Shown: positions 27,501-39,084 of the stretch, one piece after another
Layout: each line of letters opens with the position of its first letter
How positions within the stretch are numbered: position 1 is the first letter of the stretch
Assembly (NCBI GenBank): GCA_030141605.1
Contig: JAQGDQ010000148.1
Span: 62,001 to 126,000 of the forward strand
Length of the DNA: 64,000 bases
Source: Tubiluchus corallicola
Lineage: Eukaryota > Animalia > Priapulida
Direction of reading: 5' to 3'
Made by a program: the position numbers and the translations under genes
The notes under the pieces: model-generated
Databases searched by the model: none
What the model was told of the DNA's origin: nothing
What the model saw: only the letters and a program-made list of their open reading frames with translations

Positions 27501-30500
27501 CTATTTGCAGCACGCATCATAGCTATAAACAGAGCTAGGCTCGTGAATTTTAATTGCGTGAGAGCTAACGTCTGTAAAAAGTTAGTCTATAAATCAGTAC
27601 ATGTGAAGATAATAGGTCAATTAACATAAAAAAGTCGGTACTAACTACTAACAGTAATCATTTTACATTCAAGTCGCTGAGGGTTTTTTGCTTAAGAACG
27701 TCAAGTCAAATTTTAAAAAAATGTGGCCTGCGGGTAAATGAAGTTTATCGCTATTGCTTCTACCTGATCTGAATGTTTAGAAAAGCGATAGGCCTAGCAT
27801 CTCACGTGGTTTGAGTTAAATCGATAGACTTGGTGAATGAGTTACAGGCTGTCATGCCCTATCCTGCTGTACTGTACACACGCACGAACTTCCTGAGATA
27901 CGATAATAAGCGCTGAATAATAAGATTTTCGTTAATTCTAAGTCTCTCCAATACCTTTGTATTTATATCATAAATTGTTGGAGCGCATAGATGGGTTCTG
28001 AGTATATTAATTATGACACGTAGGCCTTATAGGCTGTGTAGCTCGTAATATTTATAGTAGGCCCCAAAATCAAATTAAGTATCCTGACTTTTAATGCGCG
28101 CAGACCTAATTTTTATGTACATTGGACTGAGTATATTACAGGCAAATAGAAAACCATGAGACACGCAGTAAACCATACGTAATGCCGACAAAGCTTTATG
28201 TTTAGCAACAACGTGAAGGTGCAGCTACATTCATTTTTAAAAGTTGCATCTAAAGCGCCACACTATTTATATATAACTAGGCATTACAAATTATAGATTG
28301 GCAATCTGGCAGCAGCCCATTTATTTCTTGGGTAATTGTTGCTGAAGAGAGAGTTTGTTTATAAAAGCTATTTAACTTGTGACATAAAACGTAGGTGGGA
28401 TATTTTATGGGCTTCCCCAGGCTTTATGCAGCCTAAAAATGAAAAATAAGCGTTTCCCTACGGTGCCATGAAGTAATGAAAAAGTGCCACAATATTCGTA
28501 TGAACTCAAACCTGTATGCAGTTTCAAATTTAGACATGAAAAATTTTGTTACATAGCACAACTCATATTTCTGCCTCGTCTCCCCAGCATAGTCCGCCCA
28601 CTTCTGGCAGGTGTGTTAATACGGCCTTGCGAGTTATGGCTTAAAGTACCTGCTGACGATCGCATCCTTCCTACTGTACAGTATTGGATAAAATTAGCAG
28701 CAATACATTCTATAAACCGCATTAATTTTGCATTTTTTCGCCAGGCTACAATATAAAACCCCATTAATCTGGCAGATAGAGGTACAGGAAAAGGGAATTA
28801 TATTAAAGAGGTGTCTCAAGGTCAAACTCGCATGCGGTCTTGCAGAAACACTGACCCGTTGTTAGCTACTGCCGCCAAAAATACTTTAAGAGTAGAGAGA
28901 AATTATGTTTCTCCACAGAAGGCCAAGTCTGGTACTATTAGTTTAGATGCTAAATTAATCAAAAACGGGAAGTACGAAAGAAAGAAGAAAGAGAAAAGGA
29001 CAAAACCTGAAAAGACGGACAAATAAACAAGCAAATAAGGACATTTAGCAAATGGACGAACAAAAAATGAGTGAATGTAAATAAATAAACAAATTGAATG
29101 AATGAATGACTGGAATAGAAAGAAAGTAACACATTCATGTAAATACATTCTGTAATGATTAAAGAAAAATACACGAATGAGCGAACAAACAAAAACTGAG
29201 AAAATTAATGAACGAATATATAACTGAGTGAATACATGAGCGAATAAACAATGAGTTATTGAACAACTGATACATAGGTCTATATCACTTCTATACACAG
29301 GCCCACGGTGTACGGAAAGCATTACTATGCAATGGTTTAAAAAGCAGCCCGTTTAGTTAACGATAAATAACTTCTCTCAAACATGCCTTTGAATTGGTTA
29401 ATTATGCGAGACTTTGAATGGTAAAGCAGTAACAGACAGACAGCCTTGACTAGGGCACGGCTACACACGATTAAACGTTGTATACCCGCCGTGGAGACGG
29501 CGGGATCGAGTGATCAGTGAACAGTGGCGTAGTTTATGCATATGAGGTTTATCATATAGGCACAGATGTGATTACAAGGGTAAGAACGGGGTGCCAAACC
29601 TAAAACTGTACTGTACTGCAAAATATATGAGTATTTAAATTGTCGCACTACCAATTATAATAATACATATGACAAACAGGTTTTTATTTTTTAATAACAT
29701 AACATTTAATGCTCTCTCAGCCTCTCTGCACTTAGCTAATCCACAGTTCTAAGCGCATGCCCTGTTCCCGACTATCTCAAGTTACTGACACGGCCCTGGT
29801 GTGTATATCATTCACTTAAATTAGCTTTCATTGATTTGAGTTGATAATCAAATAAGTTTAAATAAACAGGCAGGCCTTGGCAAGACTGAAATTGAAACCA
29901 ATTTCCTCCATCTCACAAACCTTGAATGTCAGATCATAGACGAGGCCTCACCATAGACCTACGTTCAGGAAATCACACACAAGAATATTAGATTGAAGAA
30001 CTTACTAAACATTTTTCAGAAAATTCCTGGGAGTTTTATGAAGCAGCAAGCAAGGAGCTGAAACTAAACTGTTAGCATCTGTAAGCAGCAAGCCACTTTC
30101 TATTAGATAGTAGCAAAAAATGACTCATTTGTTTAGAGAGCCACATTACTCTAAATATTAATCTTGACAATTTTATTCTTGATTGACAAAATAAAAAAAC
30201 TAAAAATACTTGGCTTCTTATGGTAAGTGATTAAAAAAGTACACAAATGGTGATAAAAAGCCCATTGGTTTAATGCAAAAAAAATTAACGTGAAAAAAGT
30301 GAAAGGCTACTGAAAAGGTGCCAAGCAAAATGCCTTTTGAATATCCTTTGGAAGAAACAACACAATGCTTTGAACATCTTTCTCATTAATGGATGGCGCC
30401 ACATGTTTTGTCACAAAGAAGCTTGCATCGCAAAGCATACGGTTTAAAAGTGTTTCCGACGGTGATCAACGCCATCTACAGGCACAATTAGTGTATTAGC

Positions 30501-31942
30501 AGAAGTTATGATTTACAACATTAAAACTAGTGAAGAAAACACAAAATCAATGTAATAGGTTGAATTGGGTTCTACAACAATTTTAAGTACCTGGTAACAG
30601 TTTGGTTAGCCGGAAAGAAGTGAGCAAGAAACATTGATGTGATACGAATAAGAGGAAAATAGTGGTTTCCTGAGGAAATATCCGTAAAATTTAAACTCTG
30701 CTAAATCTTGGATGCAAGTTCTGTTCTAAGAACTTTGGCGATATGAAGTGGAGCCTAGACAACTCTTTAAAAATAGATTAAAGAAGAAATCTGAAGGGAC
30801 GCCAAGATTCCTTCTTTATAATGCTTCCTTCTTCTTGCCAATGGAAGACCGTGACATTGCACGTTTTGCGTGCATAAAACGCTTTGCGAACGTGATTACG
30901 CAACCCTGCAGCATTCTATAAAAAGTGATGAACTAGCAGAAACTGAATAGCCTGAACAAAACTTATAGCATTGCTGATAAGAATTATGAAATATGACTTA
31001 AAGTTACACTGTTAAAGCATATGTTCATTAGGTTGATAGTCTCCCAACTGTAAACGTGAAGGCGCTGAGTGAATGTCAGGTCTGGGCCTTAACCAAACAC
31101 TCTAGTTATGGAACCTGACACCGCAGAATTTTCTAAACACTTGGGTGGGAGAAAGCAAAAATCAACCACGTCGCCCCTTCGAAAAATGTGCCAGAACTTA
31201 AACTGACACAGAATTCCTCGTGATCTTCAAGTGGTTTCCTCAAAAAAGTTTAATGCATAAACATTCAATGAATTCCAGCATTTGCTTTTTCGTGTTGTGC
31301 TATTCTGAGTTAATAAACTGACATTTATTACACCCATGAAATGTACGTACATATAAATAATAGTGCCATGTCGTCTATCATGTATGATATTTACATATGA
31401 ATGTGCACAGAAAAATTTTGAAAAGTCATGAATGCATATTTATCAAATAACAGCTTGCAGACTGCATAAGCTGTTTAAACCTAACCTGGAGTGATCAACT
31501 ATTCAGCCTAATTGTACTTAAGAGTTAATATATAAGAAAAAAAAACAAATTGTGCAGATGAAGAACATGGTATGAATGCCACAAGACCGCAGTCCTTGCG
31601 ACTATGTGTTATGCCACTGTAATGAACCAATAATAAGAATTCATGTGCACCCTTTACAGAAACACATTTAGACAGCCTGGCATTAGCTCCTATGTACTCT
31701 TGAGACAGTATTTATGCAGTACAATTGGTACCTGTATTTAAAAACATTTGTAAATATCTCATTTAAATTAACTTACCTGAGAGTGCCCTTATTGTCTCAT
31801 GTATTTTCTCTTCATGAGGATCCCCAAATTCCCTCTCTGGTGTAGTCCGTACATATCCGAAATATCCGCGCTGTCGGGGTTCCTCGTCATCTTCATACAG
31901 ATACTCCGTGGAACTTTTACTGGATAGTCGCTCATCGGCCAT
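1..31942 (-). CDS. SYNE1: Nesprin-1/SYNE1 (MSP-300/ANC-1-like) giant spectrin-repeat protein, N-terminal ~1095 aa; 3'-partial (continues beyond window start)
   Basis: Phase-consistent GT-AG exons in transcript order: 31777-31942, 14083-14144, 13080-13175, 11575-11658, 11076-11168, 10502-10698, 9853-10049, 9439-9551, 7932-8078, 7364-7675, 6634-6915, 6009-6102, 5498-5703, 4417-4578, 3710-3865, 3049-3192, 1857-2036, 1236-1379, 859-1026, 345-479, 1-149. CH1: [19 protein letters not shown]...[24 protein letters not shown]...[32 protein letters not shown] Ser-rich inter-CH linker ends in [15 protein letters not shown], typical of nesprin-1/calmin. CH2: [17 protein letters not shown]...[26 protein letters not shown]. 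Trp-marked helical spectrin repeats follow directly, with no plakin domain. Confidence 0.88.
4823..5260. mobile_element. Non-autonomous Tc1/mariner-superfamily MITE (Tc2/pogo-type ends), 438 bp, in a nesprin intron
   Basis: TIRs CCGTATTTTCCCGTGTATAAGAGACCC (4823) and GGGTCTCTTATACACGGGAAAATATGG (ends 5260) have one mismatch. TA flanks both sides (4821-22, 5261-62). An internal direct copy of the TIR motif CTCCCATGTATAAGAGACCCC lies at ~5181-5201. No ORF. Confidence 0.9.
9100..9223. mobile_element. Degenerate end of a Helentron/HINE-like non-autonomous element
   Basis: AACAAACAAA...GATAAAAACATAACGTCCTTGTCAGAGGTAA resembles the terminal motif (AAAACATAACCTCCTTGGCGGAGGTAA) of a widespread rolling-circle-type family. 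Recognised from memory and decayed. Confidence 0.4.
13583..13866. mobile_element. Possible decayed hAT-like MITE
   Basis: GC-richer ends CAGGGACCCAAAGAGG... and ...CCTCTGTAGGCCCCCAGG are loosely inverted around an AT-rich core. No clear TSD. Confidence 0.25.
15724..15841 (-). CDS. Candidate alternative first coding exon of the nesprin gene ([39 protein letters not shown])
   Basis: ATG-initiated, 39 codons + 1 nt, donor A|GTACGT. Phase 1 matches the acceptor at 14144. Confidence 0.45.
17330..17430 (-). promoter_or_regulatory. Promoter-like CpG-rich patch inside the large nesprin intron
   Basis: Local CpG enrichment with an ETS motif CACTTCCGG (17377-17385) and CRE-like ATGACGTG (17413-17420). 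A CAG|GTAGCG donor lies ~80 nt downstream on the minus strand (~17255). Confidence 0.35.
18308..18455 (-). CDS. Candidate alternative first coding exon of the nesprin gene ([49 protein letters not shown])
   Basis: ATG-initiated, 49 codons + 1 nt, upstream in-frame stop, GC-richer than flanks, donor G|GTAGGT. Joining to 14144 gives ...[20 protein letters not shown]. Confidence 0.65.
20355..20870. repeat. Degenerate tandem repeat, about 4 units of roughly 120-140 bp; probable transposon (Helitron/HINE-like) internal array
   Basis: Motifs GGCTCCGCCAATTTGCA, ATATACTAGAACGAATTCT and ATCCGCCAT recur in the same order. Confidence 0.6.
21449..21522. repeat. (GA)n microsatellite
   Basis: About 37 GA units with two interruptions. 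Confidence 0.97.
22100..22171 (+). tRNA. tRNA-Glu (anticodon CTC), intronless
   Basis: TCCCATATGGTCTAGTGGTTAGGATTCGGCGCTCTCACCGCCGCGGCCCGGGTTCGATTCCCGGTGTGGGAA (72 nt). Acceptor stem TCCCATA/TGTGGGA, A box TGGTCTAGTGG, anticodon arm CGGCG-CTCTCAC-CGCCG, B box GGTTCGATTCC. Confidence 0.97.
22172..22178 (+). terminator. RNA polymerase III T-tract terminator of the tRNA
   Basis: T7 run immediately after the discriminator base. Confidence 0.85.
22471..22608. repeat. Tandem duplication, 2 x 69 bp
   Basis: TAGGTGCATATCGAGAATGTTTCGGCAG...TAACTATAA at 22471 and 22540, differing by one substitution. Confidence 0.95.
24783..24855 (-). CDS. Candidate alternative first coding exon of the nesprin gene ([24 protein letters not shown])
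   Basis: ATG-initiated, 24 codons + 1 nt, strong donor CAG|GTAAGG, phase 1. Joining gives [15 protein letters not shown]. Confidence 0.55.
26201..26299. repeat. Near-perfect inverted repeat / hairpin (~47-bp arms, ~5-nt loop)
   Basis: AAATTAAAATCAAGGAACGTACCTTATGGAACTCAAAGTTTACAATC-ggctt-GATTGTAAACTTTGAGTTCTATAAAGGTACGTCTTTGATTTTAATTT. Confidence 0.9.
28980..29265. repeat. Degenerate (AATG/AAAC)-type tetranucleotide low-complexity tract
   Basis: Purine-rich GAAT/AAAT/GAAC periodicity. Confidence 0.6.
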
Positions 31943-32123
31943 TTTTATTTAACACAATCATTTGCTTAGAAAAAAGGCTGGCCCATGATGAACTTGATGA
32001 CTTCTGAAATAAAAACAACATACAAAATCTAGTTACTTATTTCCATTTAGATACAAAATTACAAAACTACTATTGAAATAGGCAAAACTATTGTTACATA
32101 CCATTTTACTTATTATGGTGCTT

Positions 32124-32201
32124 GCTGTTGAGCAGGCAAGACTGCATACAAAAACATCAATGGCTGTTGAGCAGGCAAGAATGCATAGAAAACATCAATG
32201 G
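32124..32201. repeat. Tandem duplication, 2 x ~39 bp
   Basis: GCTGTTGAGCAGGCAAGA(C/A)TGCATA...AAAACATCAATG repeated head-to-tail. Confidence 0.85.
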
Positions 32202-34860
32202 AAACATTTTTTAACCATCTACATGTATAAGAAAGTGTAAGAAAGTGATCGAATTGCTGTTCAGTTACTATCAAGTATTTGTTTGGCAACTATAAAATAT
32301 TTTATACAATTGCTTACAGGTGCTGGTGATCACTGTGTAAAAACTCTGAATTAATGGTTTTGATGCTATCTAAGGATAAATTTTGAGGAAATGTTATTTT
32401 ACCTCAACATTGCACAATTTGGCGTCATTTATTTTAATGTGCATTCATCCTACTTAGACAAAATTATTTCATAATTAGGACAGAAAAATACCACCAGAAA
32501 AATATGCAAATTATTTTGCCTTTAAAATTTCAATGCCTTTAAGTGGCAAACTGTAACAGCAGTTTATAAATTTGGCAAACAATTCAGTGTTTGAAAGATA
32601 AATAGTAGTAGATAATGCAAACATGGATAGAGTAGAATTATAGGATGTCAAACATTACAAACTTTGCACAGGAATACCGCCACAAAAGCACCAAGGCACA
32701 TGCTGTGGCTTTAAACAAACTTTAACTTGAAGTTAATAATTTAAGAAAGAGCATATTTGTATGGGTTTTGCCACTTGTTTTGATACACTTGTAAACTAAA
32801 TTTTTAGTTACAATAAAACTTGATTAATTTGTATTGTACAGAAGATTTAATAACATCCAGATAGGAAATGCTTAAGCAGCTAGGTAATGGTTCGTTTAAA
32901 TGAATAAATAAACAAAAATGATTTATTCATTAATGAAATCGTTACAATCTAGAAATTAAGCAGAAAATAAACTGCAAGAAATTTTTCTATGAGAATCACT
33001 CTGAAACAGGCAATAATAGTCTAGGATACTACTTACTCCTGTAAGCATAAGGTTTGAAAACTTAGAGAAAAGACAATAACTGCTCTAAAAATAATATTTT
33101 TAAGAGTCAGTAGGAGTCATTTTTTCAATTACATTGGGCCGAAAAGACACAGAGGCATATCGTGGCAGGTCACCACATCAGTGACCTTCCCTTTAATTCC
33201 ATTTTACTTTTATATAATAATTAATTCAAGACTAAAAATTCCTTTGAAATTCCTTTTTGTACAGTAATATATAGGTGCGCTGATGCATATTAAAATACTT
33301 TCGAAAATGGGCTTTTGATTTTATAATACTTGATTAAAGCATAAAAAACACAAATTTCATACACATGCTGAGGAGCTATTTCTCGATATAACAAATTCTC
33401 GCCAAAGCTAGTCACTTTTGTAGAAACGCATTTGGTTCTTTAATGTACAGCACAAGTATTAACAAATCCACTTGAAGTCTCTTTTTCTCAATAGGTGTCT
33501 GCAAAAAGCGCCCGAAGGTAAACATCCAGGTCAGTGCTCACAAACAACTTAACAATACCTGTTTTTTGTGTATTACAAGTCAAGAGGTATCGCATACAGA
33601 AACAAGAGTTTCTTAAACATGAATACGATTTGCACTTGATATTTGCTAACCGCTTCAAGCTCTTAGACAACGAATATTTTGTGTATTATATAGCCTACGA
33701 ATAAAGTATTTGCGGTTGTTTTTGCTTGCCACTTTTAAATTTAACGCAGCATTTGTCATTAATTTTTAATCTAGGTCACCAATAGCAATTGTGCCACCCA
33801 TCTTTGGAAGTTGATATTAAAATGGGATAATCACGGTGCTTAAGAAACTGAAGCGCTGCAAAAATGATAAAAATGTAGCACAACTATAAAACTAAAGTTT
33901 TGGGAAAACACATCATTTTGTACTAAAAAGGAAAGAAGCACTTACAGTTATTTTGCCAGAAGCAGACTGTATAAAATATTATATACAAATTTTATTGGAA
34001 AAATAGAAATTCTTTCAAGTTACAACTAGAAGTCAAGAACCTGCTAGTAATTTTGCAACTTATCCTGTTTTCAGAATAATTTAAAATCGGTGTTACGAAT
34101 TTAATTTAGTTTTAAATGACATTACCAATTTGAACTATCATATCCTCGTCTTTATAAATATGAGCTATAATTATTTTGCAATTACAAGATCAGATACCAA
34201 ATACGAAAGTAAAGAATGAAGTAAAAATAAATCAACGAATGCTCCAGTTTTTGTAAGACAAACAAAACGCAGAATACCTGCATCTACATAAACACCTGCT
34301 AATTATCACTTGAAGACACGTGATATTCCAACAAACAAACACTAAATACACAATGTCAACAAGAACACCTACATCAGCTTGGAAAAGAGCAAGACAACTA
34401 CAGCCATAAGCCTAAGTAAACAACTGAAAAGTAAAACGTGTTGTTAAGTCTGGCCCACACCCACACACAAGACTAACAAGGTAACTCCAGTTAAGAAGGG
34501 GAGCCTCCCAGCAGCTGACTATGCATTGTTGAGATTTTTGCTGACACAAAACTTGATTTTGGATTACAGTCAGATAAGATCTTAAGTGCGGGAGTTTAGC
34601 AGTTATGCATATTCAAAAACTGAAAACTTTCTGATTTCCTTAAACAATACCTCTTGTATACTTTTTATATAGGGTTAACCACACCACGACCATACTGTTT
34701 TAATCAATTAAATATGTGATTAATAAAATAAACAAATGTTTGATTGCTCAATTACAAATTTGTTTAGAACTTTTTCAGTTTAGTCTTTAATTAATTTGAA
34801 GAGTCATCATTTCTTAATTTTGTGTTTGATGAGTAATCATGTCAATTAACATTATGTCAC

Positions 34861-35112
34861 TCCAAGGGTTTTTCCTTGGGTACCATTGTAGATACATGGA
34901 CCAAGCAAATACAGATTCGGTGATCACCCATCCAAGCAAATGCCTTTTTTTGTAAACTTGCACTAGCACTGCTCAACTAAAATGTTGCACAATTCCAAAC
35001 TTGCAACTTTCTTTTGTTCTGTCTAACTGCTAGTAATGAGGGAGTGGCTGACCTGTACCTAGCGACTGAAATTAAGTCACGCCAAACAATGTTAGTGAAT
35101 GGATGGGTGACC
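34861..35112. mobile_element. Decayed SINE-like fragments with 5S rRNA-derived box A/box C motifs
   Basis: CTGAAATTAAGTCAC...GTTAGTGAATGGATGGGTGACC (~35065-35112) resembles the 5S internal control region. An inverted TCACCCATCCAAG lies at 34924-34936. GGGTTTTTCCTTGGGTAC resembles a SINE V-domain motif. Confidence 0.4.
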
Positions 35113-38100
35113 AATAAAAAACTGCTTCTTTGCAGTTTTAATTGTCCTAAGATATTTAGCTCATGAAGGAGAATAAACCATCTCTGCCGCTTGGTTAATC
35201 TTAAAGAATATCCTTGAAAATGAGCTGGATCCCGGTCTCACCACAATTATCTACATTAAGTTGTCCTGCTGTTGGATGCTGAATATTCGCTTGCACTGTA
35301 GAAAATACTATTCGCTAGCGATCACCTTATTTGCATTTGACGAATCTGTCTCGTGAGAGTAGGGCGGAGCCTAGAGCTCCCCAATGGATAATTCTTGCAA
35401 TAACAATAACTTGGATCAATTATTCATCGTGTAGCGATTTCATTTATTGCGTGAAATACTTGATGTGATAACCAGGTGTTGCAGAAAGATAACAAATTAC
35501 TTGCAAAACTCAACCAGTCTCGCTGTAGACGTATATGCACTACAAGCATTTCACAGGCTGTAGCGTAGTTTACAATAACACGTGTTACGAGTAAAGTAAT
35601 GATACGTTAAGCACTGCATAACAAAATTCTAAAGAAAATCTACATATAGTTTTTAAAATATCTAACAATGAAATTTTAACAGTTGCCAGCTCAATATTTA
35701 ACTGTTCATGCCGTGTAAGCTTGTACAACAACTAGCTCTCAGTAAGTGCCTAATTATTACTAAAATCAGCAACAAGGCCACTAGTAAATTTATATTTGAG
35801 CGTACGTAAAAAAAACAAAAAAGCTTGTACAACCGCTGGAACTTGAACTCAGTTAAACTGTAAAATTCTAAATGTACCTTTACTCTCAACTGACAGTGAA
35901 CTAAACATAATACATTATATAATATAATTTGTATATAAATATACAACCCACCAAGACTTGAATAGTGGGTCAACCAGTTGTTAGTAATAACAAGTTACAA
36001 AATAAAGAAGAATCATGAGACCCTGTTATGTGGCACTTTGGCTATGTTATTATTCCACTCGTAAGCAATGGAAACTCAGAAAGTTTGGGAGTTTTCTTAT
36101 TTATCTTGCTGAATCATCCTGAAACAGCTGTTGATGTCTAAGTTTAAAGATCATGCCTTTTGAAGTAACAAATTACAGAAAAAGTTTTATCTTCAAAATT
36201 GAGTATCCCATTAATTTCTGTAACATATAATAGAGAATTTAACTTTTGCTTCGATTTCAGCTGGCTTTAAGCAGGACAGTCAATGTTTATTTGAAATGTC
36301 TCTTAAAATTAAACAAATATGTTTTAAAGAGATTTTACAGCATGTTAACAACACAGTTTTATTTCTTATTCAAAGCACAGCAATTATATTTTGAAAGTTT
36401 GGCACTTAAAAACATAAACCACTAAGGATATAAACTAAAATCACAAAACAGTAATTACAAAAAATATTTGCAGCAAAAAATTGATTGACAACCCTGATTT
36501 TAAGTGTATAAGTACATGAAATATATGAAAATTGTAGCCAAAATGACTAATTGGTCTATGATTTGTAAAGTTTTTTTGGATGCTATAAAGAATGCTCAAA
36601 TGGCTTAGCACCTGTCTAATGCTGAGCTTACATAACTGTCTGAGCAATCTCGCTTACCAATGTGGTCAACTTTCTTACTTCAGTAATTGCAACTTGAAAT
36701 ATGATGCTCAAGCAGTCATTCTTGGTGTGCAGTTTGTCAGTGTGTGTGCAAAACTGTGTAAAGCATATATGCCTAATGTTTATATAGAAAAATTCATCCA
36801 GCTTACCAGGAAACTTGATTTTAATCAAAAAAGTGGCAGCCCTTACAATCAATATTATGCAAGCATAACAAATTTTTTATTATGAACTGGAAGGTTTCAA
36901 ACTAAACCGTTGCTGTGGAGACGGTGAAAGTAAAATAACACGGAGTAAATGTACAGAGAAAAATAACATTGATGGATGGGGGAGCTAATGTGCTGACAAA
37001 TATTTACTTAATTGATTGAAGTGAGCTGTGGTGGTTTACGTATGCAAAGTTTACAACCGAGTTTTAACAACATAGCATTGACAACAAAATTTTGCAGTCC
37101 TCTGCACATGGTTTCTGTGACGAGAGAGGCCAAAAGCAATTTTGATTGCCTGTTTGTATGAATTTACATTAATTGGCTTTCAAATATTTCTTTTATGTTT
37201 CTTATGATGTTGGGTGCATTTATGAATTTCTGCTAAAACAGGAACAAAAATGGCAAGACGTTTAAACTCTCCAAACTTCTGGTCTGCATTAAATGAAACA
37301 TTGTAATATTAAACTGTAAATCATATTGAATAACTACACCGGTTATCATAAGCACATAAAAACAGTTTGGAGTATAACTGAAGAAGTATTAATAGTTTGG
37401 AAAATATTAGTAGCAGAAAGAGGAAATTGTGAAAGCTTAAACATGTTAATTATGTAAAAGCTTACAGAAAAAATCTATATCGAGACAGTTTTGATTTCGT
37501 ACCAGTATCTTGAAAGAGCAGCTACTTACTTAGCATAATTAATGGATTATTAGCAATGTTATTTACAAGTAACATCGTAACGACAAACTCAACAAACAAA
37601 CCTTGCATCACAAATCCAGCAACATACAGACTTATGTGATTCCACTTGCACAAATGTACATTGTTGATACAGATCTCGTATGTTTGCAGTTCGCAGCTTC
37701 AGCAACACACGCGCAAAAGATGCTACGAGCTACCTGCCATCTAGTATCTGAACTTGTAGCTATTTTGAGTCAGCTTTTGTTGAATCAGATTTGCGTTAGA
37801 TGGCAGCAGCTTGCAACCAGTATTAGAGTGTTTATAACTCCAACAATATAATTGAAGTATACTCGTTTGCATAATTATAATAATATTATAATTCATAATA
37901 AATATTTTATTGTTTGTCCTTGTGTTTGTTTGTTACTTACCCAGCTAGCAGCTTTCTGCTATTTATCTCCTTAACTTAGCTAAAACACGTTCATACAGTG
38001 TGTTATCTTAGAGGATTACTTTAGTAATTTTTACAATTAGCCAAGACGAATCTACCGATGTTTATCATGTAATAGTGGCAGATCTCAAAATACTTCCGAT

Positions 38101-38849
38101 TTTGAGCAGAATGTTTTGCAGGTAATTAATTGATATTATCTTACTACGTAAAAAACTTATCATGAACAATTTAACTTGTATTTAATGAGTTCAAATGGGA
38201 GATACTGGTCTAAGTATGTCCTATATAGATCTCTTGTAACAAATCATCTGAAAGCTTTCGGGAAGACGAGTCACCTTGTGTGAGCTGACCAAAAAGCGGG
38301 GGTCATCTGAAGGCTAAAACAAGCTAGAAAGAGTTAATAAGCTAAAACAAAGGCAACAAAATAATTCTTGTATTGCACAAAATAAACCAGAATGAGGACA
38401 AGAAGAAGACGTTTATGTTGCTTATACCTAATACTCATACATGGTATACTAGAGGCAAAGCCTATTTCTTAAAGTATGCGGGATTAAGAAAAGCACAGCA
38501 AGATTACATACACGAGTTAAGGAAAAGCTTAAGTAATTGCATTTCATTACCATTGGTTCATAGGCACTTGACTGTGCTAATGCTCGAACATCGAAACTAT
38601 TCGGCGCATTCAGATTAGCCAGTTTTCTGACGCGAGCTTTCTCTTTGACAGCAAACTTGCTAGAAATGGCTAACTCTCCGACAGTTGCTGCGAGTTGATT
38701 TATTGTCTAGTGTGAACGCCTCGGCGAGTTATTCTCAACACTTCTGGCAGCCAATAGTGAAGTGAGTGTCAGTTTCCTCGTGGCTGGAAAGTAACTCGCG
38801 GCAAGTTTTGTTCTTTAACCTGAACACGCTAGCAAGTTTGGTACAAGTA

Positions 38850-39050
38850 ATTTTGTTGTTGCTGTTGTTCTTGTGTGTTTGTTTCTTGCTTGATGTTTTT
38901 AGTGTCCGCATTATCATCGTTGTTATTGTCATTCTTGCATTTGTTGTTGCTGTTGCTGTTGTATATTTGTTTCTTTGTTGCATGCTGTTTTTGTTATCAT
39001 CGTCATCATTGCTATAATTATTGTTACATTTGTTCTTTTGTTGCAATTAT
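38850..39050. repeat. Degenerate (GTT/ATT/ATC)n trinucleotide low-complexity tract
   Basis: Mixed TTG/TTA/TCA periodicity. Explains several spurious ORFs in the track. Confidence 0.75.
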
Positions 39051-39084
39051 TTTGTAATCTGATACAGAAATGCTCTCTTTTCTG

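Noticed and set aside
29485-29504. GC-rich 8-bp stem-loop CCCGCCGT-GGAG-ACGGCGGG as a terminator or Helitron end
   Set aside because: No U-tract and no CTAG 3' end at the expected spacing; the context is eukaryotic.
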